A stretch of 64,000 nt of DNA from Parcubacteria group bacterium (GCA_041674205.1 JBAYWF010000001.1:37449-101448), one strand, 5' to 3'; shown: positions 36,728 through 46,509, counted from the stretch's first letter. Numbers and translations: made by a program. The notes: generated by a model from the sequence alone, not told the origin.

Positions 36728-37237
36728 ATGGAAAAAATAATGCCTATTTCTCCGGAAATAATCCAACAAAAGATTTATTTTATCCGCGGCGAGAAAGTGA
36801 TGTTTGACCGCGATTTAGCGGAACTTTATGGCGTAGAAACAAAAGCTTTGAATAGGGCGGTCAGAAGGAATGTCGATCGATTTCCTGCGGATTTTATGTT
36901 TCAAGTGAATGAGAAAGAAGCGAAAATTCTAAGGTACCAATTTGGCACCTTAGAAATGGGAAAATATTCAAAATATTTACCATATGTTTTTACAGAGCAG
37001 GGCGTAGCGATGCTTTCGAGCGTGTTGAAAAGCGAGCGGGCCATCAAAGTCAATATCCAAATCATCCGCACATTCACGCAAATCAGAAAAATGTTGGTTT
37101 CGCACAAGGATTTGCGGGGAAAATTGGAAATTATGGAGCAAAAATATGACAAACAATTTCGAGTCGTCTTTGAAACTTTGAAATTGCTACTCAAAGAAGA
37201 TGAAAAACCCAAGAAACGCATTGGTTTTGGCGGATAG
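36728..37237 (+). CDS. ORF6N-domain protein (KilA-N-related, often phage/mobile-element associated)
   Basis: IRGEKVMFDRDLAELYGVETKALNRAVRRNVDRFPADFMFQ matches the ORF6N domain pattern. Confidence 0.7.
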   Translation: MEKIMPISPEIIQQKIYFIRGEKVMFDRDLAELYGVETKALNRAVRRNVDRFPADFMFQVNEKEAKILRYQFGTLEMGKYSKYLPYVFTEQGVAMLSSVLKSERAIKVNIQIIRTFTQIRKMLVSHKDLRGKLEIMEQKYDKQFRVVFETLKLLLKEDEKPKKRIGFGG

Positions 37238-37299
37238 GATAAGGGAAAGAAAAAATAAGAATTTGAGGTTCCAAATTGGAACTTCAAGTTGCGGATAAA

Positions 37300-37342
37300 A
37301 AAGAAAAAAGCCACGCAAAGTCCGATATCGGACCGCGTGGCT
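37300..37342. terminator. Nested-palindrome hairpin, probable terminator for the minus-strand gene (and possibly ORF6N)
   Basis: AGCCACGC...GCGTGGCT stem enclosing the perfect palindrome GTCCGATATCGGAC. A-run on plus (T-run on minus). Confidence 0.5.
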
Positions 37343-37452
37343 CGGCCAGGAACCGCGATGGGTTGCTGGCTTTTGGATTGTTTCGTCAGCTTTTTTAATG
37401 TGGGCTTTCTCCACTTTAAAGTTGGTGATGTAATCAAATTCCGACTCGAAGC

Positions 37453-37761
37453 TCAAATTTGTTCTATTTTTTCAAGCAAACTATTTGCTTCTTTTTTCAT
37501 CTCTTCATAATGCTCAGAGAGAATTTTCCTGTTTTCTTTCATTACCAGAAAGGGGAATTCTTCAAAGTTGTGTAAATAGAGACCCTCTATTCGCCCACTC
37601 TTGGTAATGCATGAGAGAAATCCTCCACCACAGCTACCATTTGAGAGGCTAATACCAATCTCAATACGATGCTGATGATAATAATGTTCGTGAGTCGTTA
37701 CTCTCACGCGCAGAGAGATTTTGACATTTGACGGTTGATTTTTTAGGGTTATGTTTCTCAT
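37453..37761 (-). CDS. Hypothetical protein
   Basis: 102 aa ORF with His-rich segment HEHYYHQH. No recognisable domain. Confidence 0.4.
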   Translation of the reverse strand: MRNITLKNQPSNVKISLRVRVTTHEHYYHQHRIEIGISLSNGSCGGGFLSCITKSGRIEGLYLHNFEEFPFLVMKENRKILSEHYEEMKKEANSLLEKIEQI

Positions 37762-37983
37762 CGCGTCCTCCTTCCAAGGGTTTTTTTTGTTAAGTTTCTA
37801 GTTATGCTTTCGACTGGAGAGCATAACTTTTAACCTCAGAAAACTTATCAAGTTGTTAAAGATCTGGCGTTAAGCGAGTATCTCAGCTTAACAACACAGT
37901 ATATCGCAAATTTGGCTAAATGTCAATAATTACGATAGTGCTTGCAAGTAAATTTATAATACAACCTAAATTAAGGCTTATTA

Positions 37984-38018
37984 TTGACAAAATATCCCAC
38001 AAATGCTATACTGATACT
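37984..38018 (+). promoter_or_regulatory. Sigma70 promoter TTGACA-17-TATACT
   Basis: Consensus -35 and near-consensus -10, about 35 nt upstream of the TrmB-paralog start codon. Confidence 0.55.
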
Positions 38019-38052
38019 AGTGACGCAATCCGCGTCAGTAAGTGTAAAAACT

Positions 38053-38802
38053 ATGATTTTACCTAAACTATTACAAGTTGGATTGAGCGAACGGGAAGCG
38101 AAAATATATATCGCTATTTTGGAGTTGGGCGAGGCGACGATTGCGGATATCGTCAAAAAAGCCCAAATCAAACGCTCGACGGTCTATGACATGCTCGAGC
38201 TTTTGAAGCAGAAAGGTTTGATCAGCCGGTTCTATCGCCAGAAGCGACAGGTTTTTTGTGCGGAAGATCCGAAAAAAATCATCGAGGATTTGGAAAAAAA
38301 GAAAAAAGGTATGGAGGAAGTGATGCCGGAATTGGTTTCTATTATGAATGTGCTGGATAAAAAGCCGAAATTGCGCTATTTCGAAGGGGCCAGCGGGGTG
38401 CAAGAGATTTTTGAAGACACCTTGCGCTATCCGGACAGTGAAATTCTGACTTGGATTCCGTTTCCCTATCTGAATTTGGGTGAAGACTATTTTTGGGAGC
38501 AGTATAATCCGGAAAGAACCAAGAAAAAGATTTGGATGCGGGCTTTGCTGCCGCAAACGGCAGAAAACAGGGTTCTGGCCGACAGAATGAAATCATATCT
38601 GGTCACCAGCAAAATGTTGGCCGGCAAGGCTTTTGCTGATTTTGACATTGAAATCAAAATTTATGGCAAAACTAAAATCGGCATTATTTCATATTCGGAA
38701 GACCTGGGTGTGATAATCGAAAGCAAAAAAATATTTAATGGCTTTAAAGCGATATTTGAAGGGATGTGGGAAATGGCGAATAACGAAAAAACTAATTTGT
38801 AA
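38053..38802 (+). CDS. TrmB-family HTH transcriptional regulator (paralog 3 of 3)
   Basis: MILPKLLQVGLSEREAKIYIAILELGEATIADIVKKAQIKRSTVYDMLELLKQKGLI. The ORF track starts at 37984, but that region is the promoter, so ATG 38053 is chosen. Confidence 0.75.
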   Translation: MILPKLLQVGLSEREAKIYIAILELGEATIADIVKKAQIKRSTVYDMLELLKQKGLISRFYRQKRQVFCAEDPKKIIEDLEKKKKGMEEVMPELVSIMNVLDKKPKLRYFEGASGVQEIFEDTLRYPDSEILTWIPFPYLNLGEDYFWEQYNPERTKKKIWMRALLPQTAENRVLADRMKSYLVTSKMLAGKAFADFDIEIKIYGKTKIGIISYSEDLGVIIESKKIFNGFKAIFEGMWEMANNEKTNL

Positions 38803-38831
38803 TATGCATATCTTCTCGATATACTAAATAT

Positions 38832-41546
38832 ATGAGTGAAAAAGCTAAAAAACTGGTAGTTATCGACGGGAACGCGATCATCCACCGCTCGTTCCACGCG
38901 CTTCCGCCGCTTTCGACCAAATCGGGGGAGTTGGTGAACGCGGTCTATGGCTTTGCTTCGACTTTGCTTTCGGTGATTGAGAAATTCCAGCCGGACTATA
39001 TCCTGGCGACTTTTGATTTGAAAGAGCCGACTTTCCGGCACAAGGAATATGCGGAATACAAAGCGACGCGCGTGAAAGCGCCGGATGAATTGTACGCGCA
39101 GATTGAGCGGGTCAAAGAGCTGGTGCGGGCTTTCAATATTCCGATTTATGAGAAAGAGGGATTCGAAGCGGATGATGTTATTGGCACGATTGTCACGCAG
39201 TCAGAAAAGCTAGGAGTGGACATTGAAAATATCATCGTCACAGGCGATTTGGATACATTGCAATTGGTGACGGACAAAACCAAAGTTTATGCTTTGCGCC
39301 GGGGAATTACGGATACGGTTTTGTACGGTTATCCGGAAGTGATGGAGCGCTTCGGCCTCAGGCCGGACCAGATGATCGATTATAAAAGTTTGCGCGGGGA
39401 CGCGTCGGACAATATCCCCGGCGTCAAAGGCATCGGCGAAAAAACTGCCACCGAACTTTTGAAAAAATACGACACCGTGGAGAAGGTCTATGAAAACATC
39501 GCGGAAATCAAAGGGGCGGTGAAAGACAAATTGGAAAAAGATAAGGCCCAGGCTTTCAAAAGTAAATGGCTGGCGACGATCGTGATCGACGCGCCGGTAG
39601 AATTGGATTTGGACAAAGCCGTTACGCGGGAATTCGATCGGCAAGCCGTGGTGAAATTTTTTCAAGAAATGAATTTCTTTTCATTGATTAAGAGGCTTCC
39701 CGGGCAGGATGGGCTCAAAGGTCAGACCTCTGATGCGCTTTCAGGATCTTCGAGGTCGGACCTTGGCGGAGTCAAGGATTTCAAATTCGAATTGATAGCT
39801 CCGGAAAAATTGGATGGGTTTGTGGAAAATTTGAAAAACCAAGAAGAGATCTCAATTGCTTTGAAAACCATCGGGGAAAAATATTTCGATAGCACTATTA
39901 AAGGCGTGGCAATCTGCTACAAAACCGGGCGCGCGGGCTATATGGAATATTCCGAAAAGAATTTTGAAAAGTTGAAAGTGGTTTTCGAGCAGGACGGCAT
40001 CAAAAAAACCGGCTACGATTTGAAATATGATTTGGAAGTTTTGGAAAAATACGGCATCAAGCTCAAAGGCATCGATTGGGACGTGATGATTTCCGCGTAT
40101 GCTTTGAATCCGGGTGGAAAAGTCGGGCTTGAGAACCTTGTTTTGGAAGAATTGGGCGAAGAATTGGAAGGAGCGGATAAGAAAGGCCAATTGGGTTTGG
40201 AAATCGAATCAGCCGAGGATATCGCGCGGAAAATATGCCGCCGGGCGGACTATGTTTTCAAGTTGAAAAATATCCATCAGAAAAAAATCCAGGAAATCAG
40301 CGGACAACAGCAAAGCGGACATAACTTGGAAAATGTTTTTTCAAAAATCGAAATGCCCTTGGTCGGAATCTTAGCTGGCATCGAAATGAACGGCATCCGT
40401 TTGAACAAGATTATTTTCGCGGGTATTTCCGCCAAAATCGAAAAGCGCATCGAGAGTTTGGAAAAAAGCATCTTCGGGCTGGCGGGAACGGATTTCAATA
40501 TCAATTCCCCTAGGCAAGTGGCGGAAATCCTTTTCGACACGCTGAAGATCCCAGCGGGCAACATCAAAAAATTGAAAACCGGCTATTCGACCGCTTCTTC
40601 CGAATTGGAAAAATTGCGCGGGGAGCATAAGATTATTGAAAAAATCGAGGAATATCGCGAAATTTTCAAATTGAAAACCACGTATTTAGATACGCTTCCG
40701 AAATTGGCGGATGAAAATTCCCGGATCCACACGACCTTTAATCAGGCTGTGGCGGCGACCGGACGGTTGTCATCATCAGATCCGAATTTGCAAAACATCC
40801 CGATCAGGACGGACGTCGGTCAATTGTTGCGCACGGCTTTTGAAGCGGAAAAGGGTTTCCGTCTGGTGAGCGCCGACTATTCCCAGATCGACTTGCGGGT
40901 GGTGGCCCATGTTTCGGGCGACAAAAATATGATTGAGGCTTTCACCAAAGGGGAAGATATCCACCGGGCGACGGCGGCCATCATCAACAAGGTCGCGCCC
41001 TCGCAAGTGACGGAGAAGATGCGCAGCAAGGCTAAGGCTTTGAATTTCGGCATTATCTACGGGATGGGCGCATTCGGTTTTGCCGCTTCGGCCGGCATCG
41101 ACCGTGAAGAAGCTAAGAAATTCATCGCGGAATATATGGAAAAGTTTTCCGGCGTGGCGGAATATATGCGTAAGACCAAGGAAGAAGCTAAAAAGAACTT
41201 GTTTGTGGAAACGCCGTTAGGCAGAAGGCGCTATATTCCCGAAATAAATTCAGCCAATTTCCAAGTGCAGTCCGGCGCCGAGCGGATGGCCATCAATATG
41301 CCGATCCAGGGGATGGCAGCGGACATTATGAAATTAGCGATGATAGAGGCGGAAAAAGTGGTGGCGGAATATGCGGATCAAGCCCGCACGGTCCTGCAGG
41401 TGCATGATGAACTTTTGTTCGAAGTCAGGGAGGAAGTCGCGGAAGATTTTATGCGGAAAATAAAAACCGCGATGGAGCAGGTCTATAGGCTCAAAGTCCC
41501 GCTGGTGGTGGATGTGGAAGCGGGGGATAATTGGGGGGAGATATAA
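38832..41546 (+). CDS. polA: DNA polymerase I
   Basis: 904 aa. 5-prime nuclease N-domain (VIDGNAIIHRSFHA), polymerase motifs A (LVSADYSQIDLRV), B (RSKAKALNFGIIYG) and C (VHDELLFEV). Confidence 0.95.
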   Translation: MSEKAKKLVVIDGNAIIHRSFHALPPLSTKSGELVNAVYGFASTLLSVIEKFQPDYILATFDLKEPTFRHKEYAEYKATRVKAPDELYAQIERVKELVRAFNIPIYEKEGFEADDVIGTIVTQSEKLGVDIENIIVTGDLDTLQLVTDKTKVYALRRGITDTVLYGYPEVMERFGLRPDQMIDYKSLRGDASDNIPGVKGIGEKTATELLKKYDTVEKVYENIAEIKGAVKDKLEKDKAQAFKSKWLATIVIDAPVELDLDKAVTREFDRQAVVKFFQEMNFFSLIKRLPGQDGLKGQTSDALSGSSRSDLGGVKDFKFELIAPEKLDGFVENLKNQEEISIALKTIGEKYFDSTIKGVAICYKTGRAGYMEYSEKNFEKLKVVFEQDGIKKTGYDLKYDLEVLEKYGIKLKGIDWDVMISAYALNPGGKVGLENLVLEELGEELEGADKKGQLGLEIESAEDIARKICRRADYVFKLKNIHQKKIQEISGQQQSGHNLENVFSKIEMPLVGILAGIEMNGIRLNKIIFAGISAKIEKRIESLEKSIFGLAGTDFNINSPRQVAEILFDTLKIPAGNIKKLKTGYSTASSELEKLRGEHKIIEKIEEYREIFKLKTTYLDTLPKLADENSRIHTTFNQAVAATGRLSSSDPNLQNIPIRTDVGQLLRTAFEAEKGFRLVSADYSQIDLRVVAHVSGDKNMIEAFTKGEDIHRATAAIINKVAPSQVTEKMRSKAKALNFGIIYGMGAFGFAASAGIDREEAKKFIAEYMEKFSGVAEYMRKTKEEAKKNLFVETPLGRRRYIPEINSANFQVQSGAERMAINMPIQGMAADIMKLAMIEAEKVVAEYADQARTVLQVHDELLFEVREEVAEDFMRKIKTAMEQVYRLKVPLVVDVEAGDNWGEI

Positions 41547-41770
41547 AAAAATAAGAACTAAAAATGGGAGAAAATTAATCCTTGGATTGAATTTATGTTT
41601 ATTTGAAAACCGGCTAAATCCGGTTTTTGTGTTTGCTGGTTCCTTTTGACTTTTCGGCCGGGATATGTTACCGTCCTCTGATGTGTCGAACATCGCGTTT
41701 TTGGGAAAATTCCCGAAAAACGGGGTTATTTTCCAATTAAATACCAATCAATAAGAAAGGAGACGGGAAG

Positions 41771-42928
41771 ATGAAAAGGATCGAGTCTTTTCTAAATGAA
41801 TATTCCTGGCTCTTCAAGTCAGGAATCTGGGTACTGCTCATTCTGTGGGCGGCGCAGGCGAATTTTGTTTTTGTCGACGCTTATAATGACATTAAAAACC
41901 AACCTCCGCGGAATTTTGAGCTGGAGAAGAAATTGACGAAGGAATTGTCCACTTTGTATGAGCAGCAGCTCAGAGAAGCGAAGGAAATGGGCAAATTGTA
42001 CGGCCCATATGATTACTTCGAGGATTACAAAGAAAGGGAATCGATAGGATACAGGGCGGGAATGAAGTATCCATTCAGTCTTCCGCTGGATAATACCCTG
42101 AATGAACTGCAAGCTCTGGCCCGGAACAATACAGGTGACGGGAAAAGGTTTAGCTATGAAGACTTTAACAATGCGGCTGGAATCTTCCGGGAGTGGATCG
42201 ATAGGGGAGGCTCTTGCCGGGATGAATTCTATTCGCATTTGGAAGATATGGGATTGGAAGCGGTTCTTCTGAAGATTTGTGGCTGGGTGTCATCCTTATA
42301 TTTTCGAGGCTTCGGATTGGCATTGTTCCTCTATTTGGTCAGGATGTCTGACTACCTGTCGAAAGGAATCCTGGAAACCGTCCTGGCGGATAAGAAGAGG
42401 TTTCTGGCAGCCGTCTTCCTTTGGCCGTTTTTCTTGATGAAGTATCCAAGTAACGTGGTCAGGGAAATCGTGGTCGAAGCCGAATTGCGGCGGATGGGGA
42501 ATCTTTTTCGGAAATTTACCTTCGAGGAAAGGAAGCTTGTCCGTAGCGTGGCGGAAAGTGCGGATTTCTGGAGTTGGATATTCAGATTCCACTCTGAAAA
42601 TCGAGGCAAATTCCAAAGGTCGCTCGTGGCGGCGCTGGCTGTTACGATATTCATCAATCTTATCCCGTTTCAAGCCAAAGCCGGAGAACTTGACCGGCAA
42701 GAACTGACAAGAGACGGTCCGGAAATCGTGTCGGTTGCTGATTATCATCACCAAGATTCCCATCAGGAACACATTACAGAAGCGATTGCTCCTAATGTTT
42801 CCTCTGGAATTATCGTGATATTCTCGACAATCCCATCATTTTTCCGCCAGATTCTTTCCATGGCGAAAGGAGCGGTCAGAAGCATCGACCATGTTCCGAT
42901 TACGACTGTTTGTTTGAGCGTGATTTGA
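41771..42928 (+). CDS. Hypothetical integral membrane protein
   Basis: 385 aa with several TM segments and a Trp-rich region. Strong RBS AAGGAGACGGGAAG. Confidence 0.5.
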   Translation: MKRIESFLNEYSWLFKSGIWVLLILWAAQANFVFVDAYNDIKNQPPRNFELEKKLTKELSTLYEQQLREAKEMGKLYGPYDYFEDYKERESIGYRAGMKYPFSLPLDNTLNELQALARNNTGDGKRFSYEDFNNAAGIFREWIDRGGSCRDEFYSHLEDMGLEAVLLKICGWVSSLYFRGFGLALFLYLVRMSDYLSKGILETVLADKKRFLAAVFLWPFFLMKYPSNVVREIVVEAELRRMGNLFRKFTFEERKLVRSVAESADFWSWIFRFHSENRGKFQRSLVAALAVTIFINLIPFQAKAGELDRQELTRDGPEIVSVADYHHQDSHQEHITEAIAPNVSSGIIVIFSTIPSFFRQILSMAKGAVRSIDHVPITTVCLSVI

Positions 42929-42990
42929 CCAGCAAAAACAAATAGTCGGAGAAAAGAAGTTCTCCGGCAATAACACAACGGAGAATAGCC

Positions 42991-43650
42991 ATGAAAAGAA
43001 TAGTTCTGTCAGTTATCGTAGTCATCTCCTTGTCCTTATCCTCAATGGTCTGGGCAGGGGATCAAGGTGTTGAGACCAATGTTGATGGTCTCGTCATCTA
43101 CCGGGCGAATTTTATCCATCTGGATGGCGGGGAAAGCTTCGTGTCATATGACTTGAATTCGTATTTTCTTGTCAACAAGAAATATGGATTAGGTCTGGAC
43201 GCGACTTCCTGCCCCGAGGATGACTATGCTAAACTGAAGCCTTTCGCGACCATCCGGGTCGCTGAAGGGCTGGATCTGGTCAGTGGTCTCTCGACCAACA
43301 GCGCCGGTGCGGATTATGTCCATGCCGGAGTCTGGTATTTCGGTCCGGTGGCCGGGCAGGTGAAGGTCTTCCTTGACCCGAGGTTTTATTTTAAGGCCAG
43401 TGATGAAGCGAGCAACTATTTTGACGGGCTCGCTGAAATCAGCTATCCGCTGGACGAGAGATTTACGCTGGCTTTCGACCTGGTATACGACCATTGGTGG
43501 GAGAACGGCGCAGATTGGGTGCTCGCCGGCCCGGTCCTTTACTACAAGGTCAATGAATCGACTTCAATCTTTGTCCGCGCTGCACGCGAGACAAATTTTG
43601 AGGGCGAGGAAGGGACCGACATAAGATTAGCCGTCCGGTGGACGTTCTGA
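42991..43650 (+). CDS. Secreted hypothetical protein with beta-barrel-like (outer-membrane-protein-like) features
   Basis: Signal peptide MKRIVLSVIVVISLSLSSMVWA, alternating hydrophobic beta-strand pattern, C-terminal ...RLAVRWTF ending in Phe. Confidence 0.55.
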   Translation: MKRIVLSVIVVISLSLSSMVWAGDQGVETNVDGLVIYRANFIHLDGGESFVSYDLNSYFLVNKKYGLGLDATSCPEDDYAKLKPFATIRVAEGLDLVSGLSTNSAGADYVHAGVWYFGPVAGQVKVFLDPRFYFKASDEASNYFDGLAEISYPLDERFTLAFDLVYDHWWENGADWVLAGPVLYYKVNESTSIFVRAARETNFEGEEGTDIRLAVRWTF

Positions 43651-43673
43651 TCGTCGGTTGATATCAATCATTC

Positions 43674-43713
43674 CAGGCGGATCGCAATTGCGATCCGCCT
43701 GCTTTTATTTTTT
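43674..43713 (+). terminator. Strong rho-independent terminator
   Basis: CAGGCGGATCGCAATTGCGATCCGCCTG perfect hairpin followed by CTTTTATTTTTT. Confidence 0.75.
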
Positions 43714-43847
43714 GCTTCCTTGTAAGAATATGGATTTTTCGCAAGCCGTTCTTGAATTGGGATAAATTCGAACCGAAAAGACCATTTTTTGGGAGCGATC
43801 CGGCATCCGATGGGGCGGAAACGGAATCTGAATCGCGGACAGTAAAA

Positions 43848-43876
43848 TTGACAGGAAATATTTTTCGTGCTAGAAT
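43848..43876 (+). promoter_or_regulatory. Sigma70 promoter TTGACA-17-TAGAAT
   Basis: Consensus -35, 17-nt spacer, -10 TAGAAT. A 5-prime hairpin CCGCCAAAAATTTGGCGG (43909-43928) follows. Confidence 0.55.
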
Positions 43877-43921
43877 TTCTTGATTACGAAGTTGTTTTTT
43901 TAAAAAAGGCCCGCCAAAAAT

Positions 43922-44263
43922 TTGGCGGAAAGAATAATTTTACCTAGGGGAATCCATATGCCCGAAGATAGCTTGCGCTGGTTCAAGGCTAAACGGACGA
44001 GCGGAAATTGTAGCAGGCCGGACAGGGATGTAGCATTGTCCCAGTCATTCACGAATGGAATGCTTATAACCAAGCAGATGAACAAAAGCGCCAAAAGGCG
44101 CTTAGCGGATATTGAATCAAGGGGGATATCGGAGGGTTGTTTAGTTCGTATGAATAATACGGACAGGCTAAGAAAAGTAAAAAATATTACGGCAGATGGC
44201 AGGATATTAATGGAAGGCGCTGAAAGGGTTTGCAGTCCCAGTGATTGCACGCTAGCTGAATGA
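43922..44263 (+). CDS. Hypothetical small protein (TTG start) or alternatively a non-coding transcript of about 440 nt
   Basis: 113-codon ORF with non-ATG start and no SD. Bounded by the strong promoter and a terminator-like hairpin AAGGGCTTG...CAAGCCCTT (about 44277-44306). No family resemblance. Confidence 0.25.
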   Translation: MAERIILPRGIHMPEDSLRWFKAKRTSGNCSRPDRDVALSQSFTNGMLITKQMNKSAKRRLADIESRGISEGCLVRMNNTDRLRKVKNITADGRILMEGAERVCSPSDCTLAE

Positions 44264-44384
44264 TATAGGAGGACAAAGGGCTTGCGCGTATTCCGCCAAG
44301 CCCTTTAAAAATGTCAGACTTTATTTTTTATGGAAAAATCACTATACTCGATACAGCGTTAAATATTTTTTTAAGATCAATTTT

Positions 44385-45242
44385 ATGCCGGAATTGCCCG
44401 AAGTCCAAACGGTCGTCAACGACCTGGATAAAAAGATCAAAGGTGATACCATCACCGATTTTTGGAGTGAGTGGCCGAAAGCCATCAAAGGCAAATCTTT
44501 AGCGGTTTTCAAGAAAGAGATCGTAGGACGGAAAATCATGGGCGCGCGCCGCATCGGGAAAAACATTTTCATCGATTTGTCAGGCGGGAAAACTTTATAT
44601 CTGCATCTAAAAATGACGGGGCACCTATTGGTGAAATCACAAAATTCAAAATTAAAAACACAAAATTATTTTGAAGATAGGGTCAACCAATACATCAGGC
44701 ACAAATTTTTTCTAGGCCAAGACAAAGTTATGGAGTTTTCCGATGTGCGGAAGTTCGCCAAGATTATGCTGGTGGATACGGACAAGGTTGGGGAATTGCC
44801 GGAAATCAAGGCGTTGGGAATCGATGCGATGAGCCCGGAATTCACCTCGCAAAAATTCAATGAAATTCTGGACAGGAAAAAAAATACGCCTGTAGGGATT
44901 TTATTGATGGACCAAAATTTAATTGCAGGTATCGGCAATATCTACCGCAGTGAAATTTTGTTTGAGGCCCGGATTTTGCCGACCCGGAAAGCGCAGGATT
45001 TGTCAGCGGAAGAAAGAAAAAAGCTTTTTCAGGCAATCAAAAAGATCCTAAAAAAAGCCATCAAAATGCGCGGGACATCCGATTCGGATTATCGCGACAC
45101 TTCGGGAGCGCCGGGCGGATTCCAAAAAGTCCTGCAAGTCTACCGGAAGGCCGGGGCAAAATGTCTGGAATGTGATACAATGGTGGTGCGTGGCCGGATG
45201 GGACAGAGGAGCGTTTTCTATTGTCCGGGTTGCCAGAAATGA
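44385..45242 (+). CDS. mutM: Formamidopyrimidine-DNA glycosylase (Fpg/MutM)
   Basis: N-terminal MPELPEV catalytic Pro, H2TH region, C-terminal zinc finger CLECDTMVVRGRMGQRSVFYCPGCQ. Confidence 0.9.
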   Translation: MPELPEVQTVVNDLDKKIKGDTITDFWSEWPKAIKGKSLAVFKKEIVGRKIMGARRIGKNIFIDLSGGKTLYLHLKMTGHLLVKSQNSKLKTQNYFEDRVNQYIRHKFFLGQDKVMEFSDVRKFAKIMLVDTDKVGELPEIKALGIDAMSPEFTSQKFNEILDRKKNTPVGILLMDQNLIAGIGNIYRSEILFEARILPTRKAQDLSAEERKKLFQAIKKILKKAIKMRGTSDSDYRDTSGAPGGFQKVLQVYRKAGAKCLECDTMVVRGRMGQRSVFYCPGCQK

Positions 45243-45292
45243 AGAAGGCTTAAAAAACTGAAATCGTAATTTTTTAAATAAAGACAATAAGT

Positions 45293-46444
45293 ATGAAACA
45301 AAAAGTCATTATTGCCATCGTCGCAATAATCATCGTAGGCGGGGGATTTTATTTTTTCTCAGGCCCGGAAAAGGCCACCAAGCAGATCGATCTGGATACT
45401 AAGGAGAAATCGCAGAGCTATCCGATCGTCAATGACGGTCCGGTCAGTCCGGTTTCAGGGCTTTCTTGTGAAAATTGGAACCGGCGGGCAGTGGCGGTTA
45501 TGCAGCCGTCCGATGTCCAGGCCCGACCGGCGGCCGGATTTTCCGAAGCGGATATGGTGATCGAGATGCCGGCCTACACCGGATCGGTAACCCGCTTGAT
45601 GGGAGTTTATATCTGCAATATTCCTGAGGAAATCGGCGCCATCAGAAGTTCCAGGCATGATTATATCGCTTTGGCCAAGGGGTTGGATGCGATTTTCATC
45701 TACTGGGGAGGTTCACATTTTTCCCTGGATCTATTGAAGGATAAGATTATCGACAACTATGATTGTATGACCGGATCATATTGCGAGCGTTGGGCGGTAA
45801 GCGGGAAAATGCGCCTGGAAGACACCGGACACATCACGAAAGCGAACGTGCTTAAGATGATCGAGAATTTCAAATACCGCACGGAAAACAAATTCGCCGG
45901 CTATGCGCATCAAGGCGAGGCACCGCTAGACCAGCGGCCGGAAAAGGGGCATTTGCGGGTGTCCTTCAAGGATCCATATGACGTTTCATTCGACTATGAC
46001 AAACAGACAAATACGTATCTGAGGACTTGGAATAACGAAGCGGATACGGACCGTAATAACAAGCAACGGATAGCGCCGAAAAACGTAGTTGTCCTGACGG
46101 CCCAGTCGGAGCAGATCACGCTGGATCAGAATTATGTCGGACAAGGCTTGCAGGATCCTTGGAAAAATGTCGAGGAAATCAAGAAGACCGGAGTCGAAAG
46201 CATAAGCGGCCGTTATAACAATATGCAAATCGGAGACCCGTGGTATGATTCGGTCGATTCCGGCGAAGCGCACTATTATATGAACGGCCAGGAAACCATC
46301 GGCACTTGGAAGAAAGATAAGTCCAGCTTGGACAGTAAGTTGTTCTTCTATGACCAGTCCGGACAAGAGATCAAATTCGTACCTGGACAAATCTGGGTGG
46401 ACATACTGCAACCAGGGCAGGTGTTGCGTTGGACGGTTGAATAG
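45293..46444 (+). CDS. DUF3048-domain protein (YerB-like), membrane-anchored
   Basis: N-terminal TM anchor. RRAVAVMQPSDVQARPAAGFSEADMVIEMPAYTGSVTRLMGVY matches the DUF3048 N-domain pattern. Confidence 0.6.
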   Translation: MKQKVIIAIVAIIIVGGGFYFFSGPEKATKQIDLDTKEKSQSYPIVNDGPVSPVSGLSCENWNRRAVAVMQPSDVQARPAAGFSEADMVIEMPAYTGSVTRLMGVYICNIPEEIGAIRSSRHDYIALAKGLDAIFIYWGGSHFSLDLLKDKIIDNYDCMTGSYCERWAVSGKMRLEDTGHITKANVLKMIENFKYRTENKFAGYAHQGEAPLDQRPEKGHLRVSFKDPYDVSFDYDKQTNTYLRTWNNEADTDRNNKQRIAPKNVVVLTAQSEQITLDQNYVGQGLQDPWKNVEEIKKTGVESISGRYNNMQIGDPWYDSVDSGEAHYYMNGQETIGTWKKDKSSLDSKLFFYDQSGQEIKFVPGQIWVDILQPGQVLRWTVE

Positions 46445-46509
46445 GAATCTTCAAAAAATCCCCTTTTTAGGGGATTTTTTTATTTCCAGGGGTATGCTAG
46501 AATGGTCCT

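Noticed and set aside
37311-37345. AAAGTCCG motif resembling the RNase P RNA P4 strand (GGAAAGUCCGGGC)
   Set aside because: The downstream sequence is a perfect palindrome (GTCCGATATCGGAC) rather than GGGCUCC, and no other RNase P RNA conserved blocks are nearby. Interpreted as a terminator hairpin.
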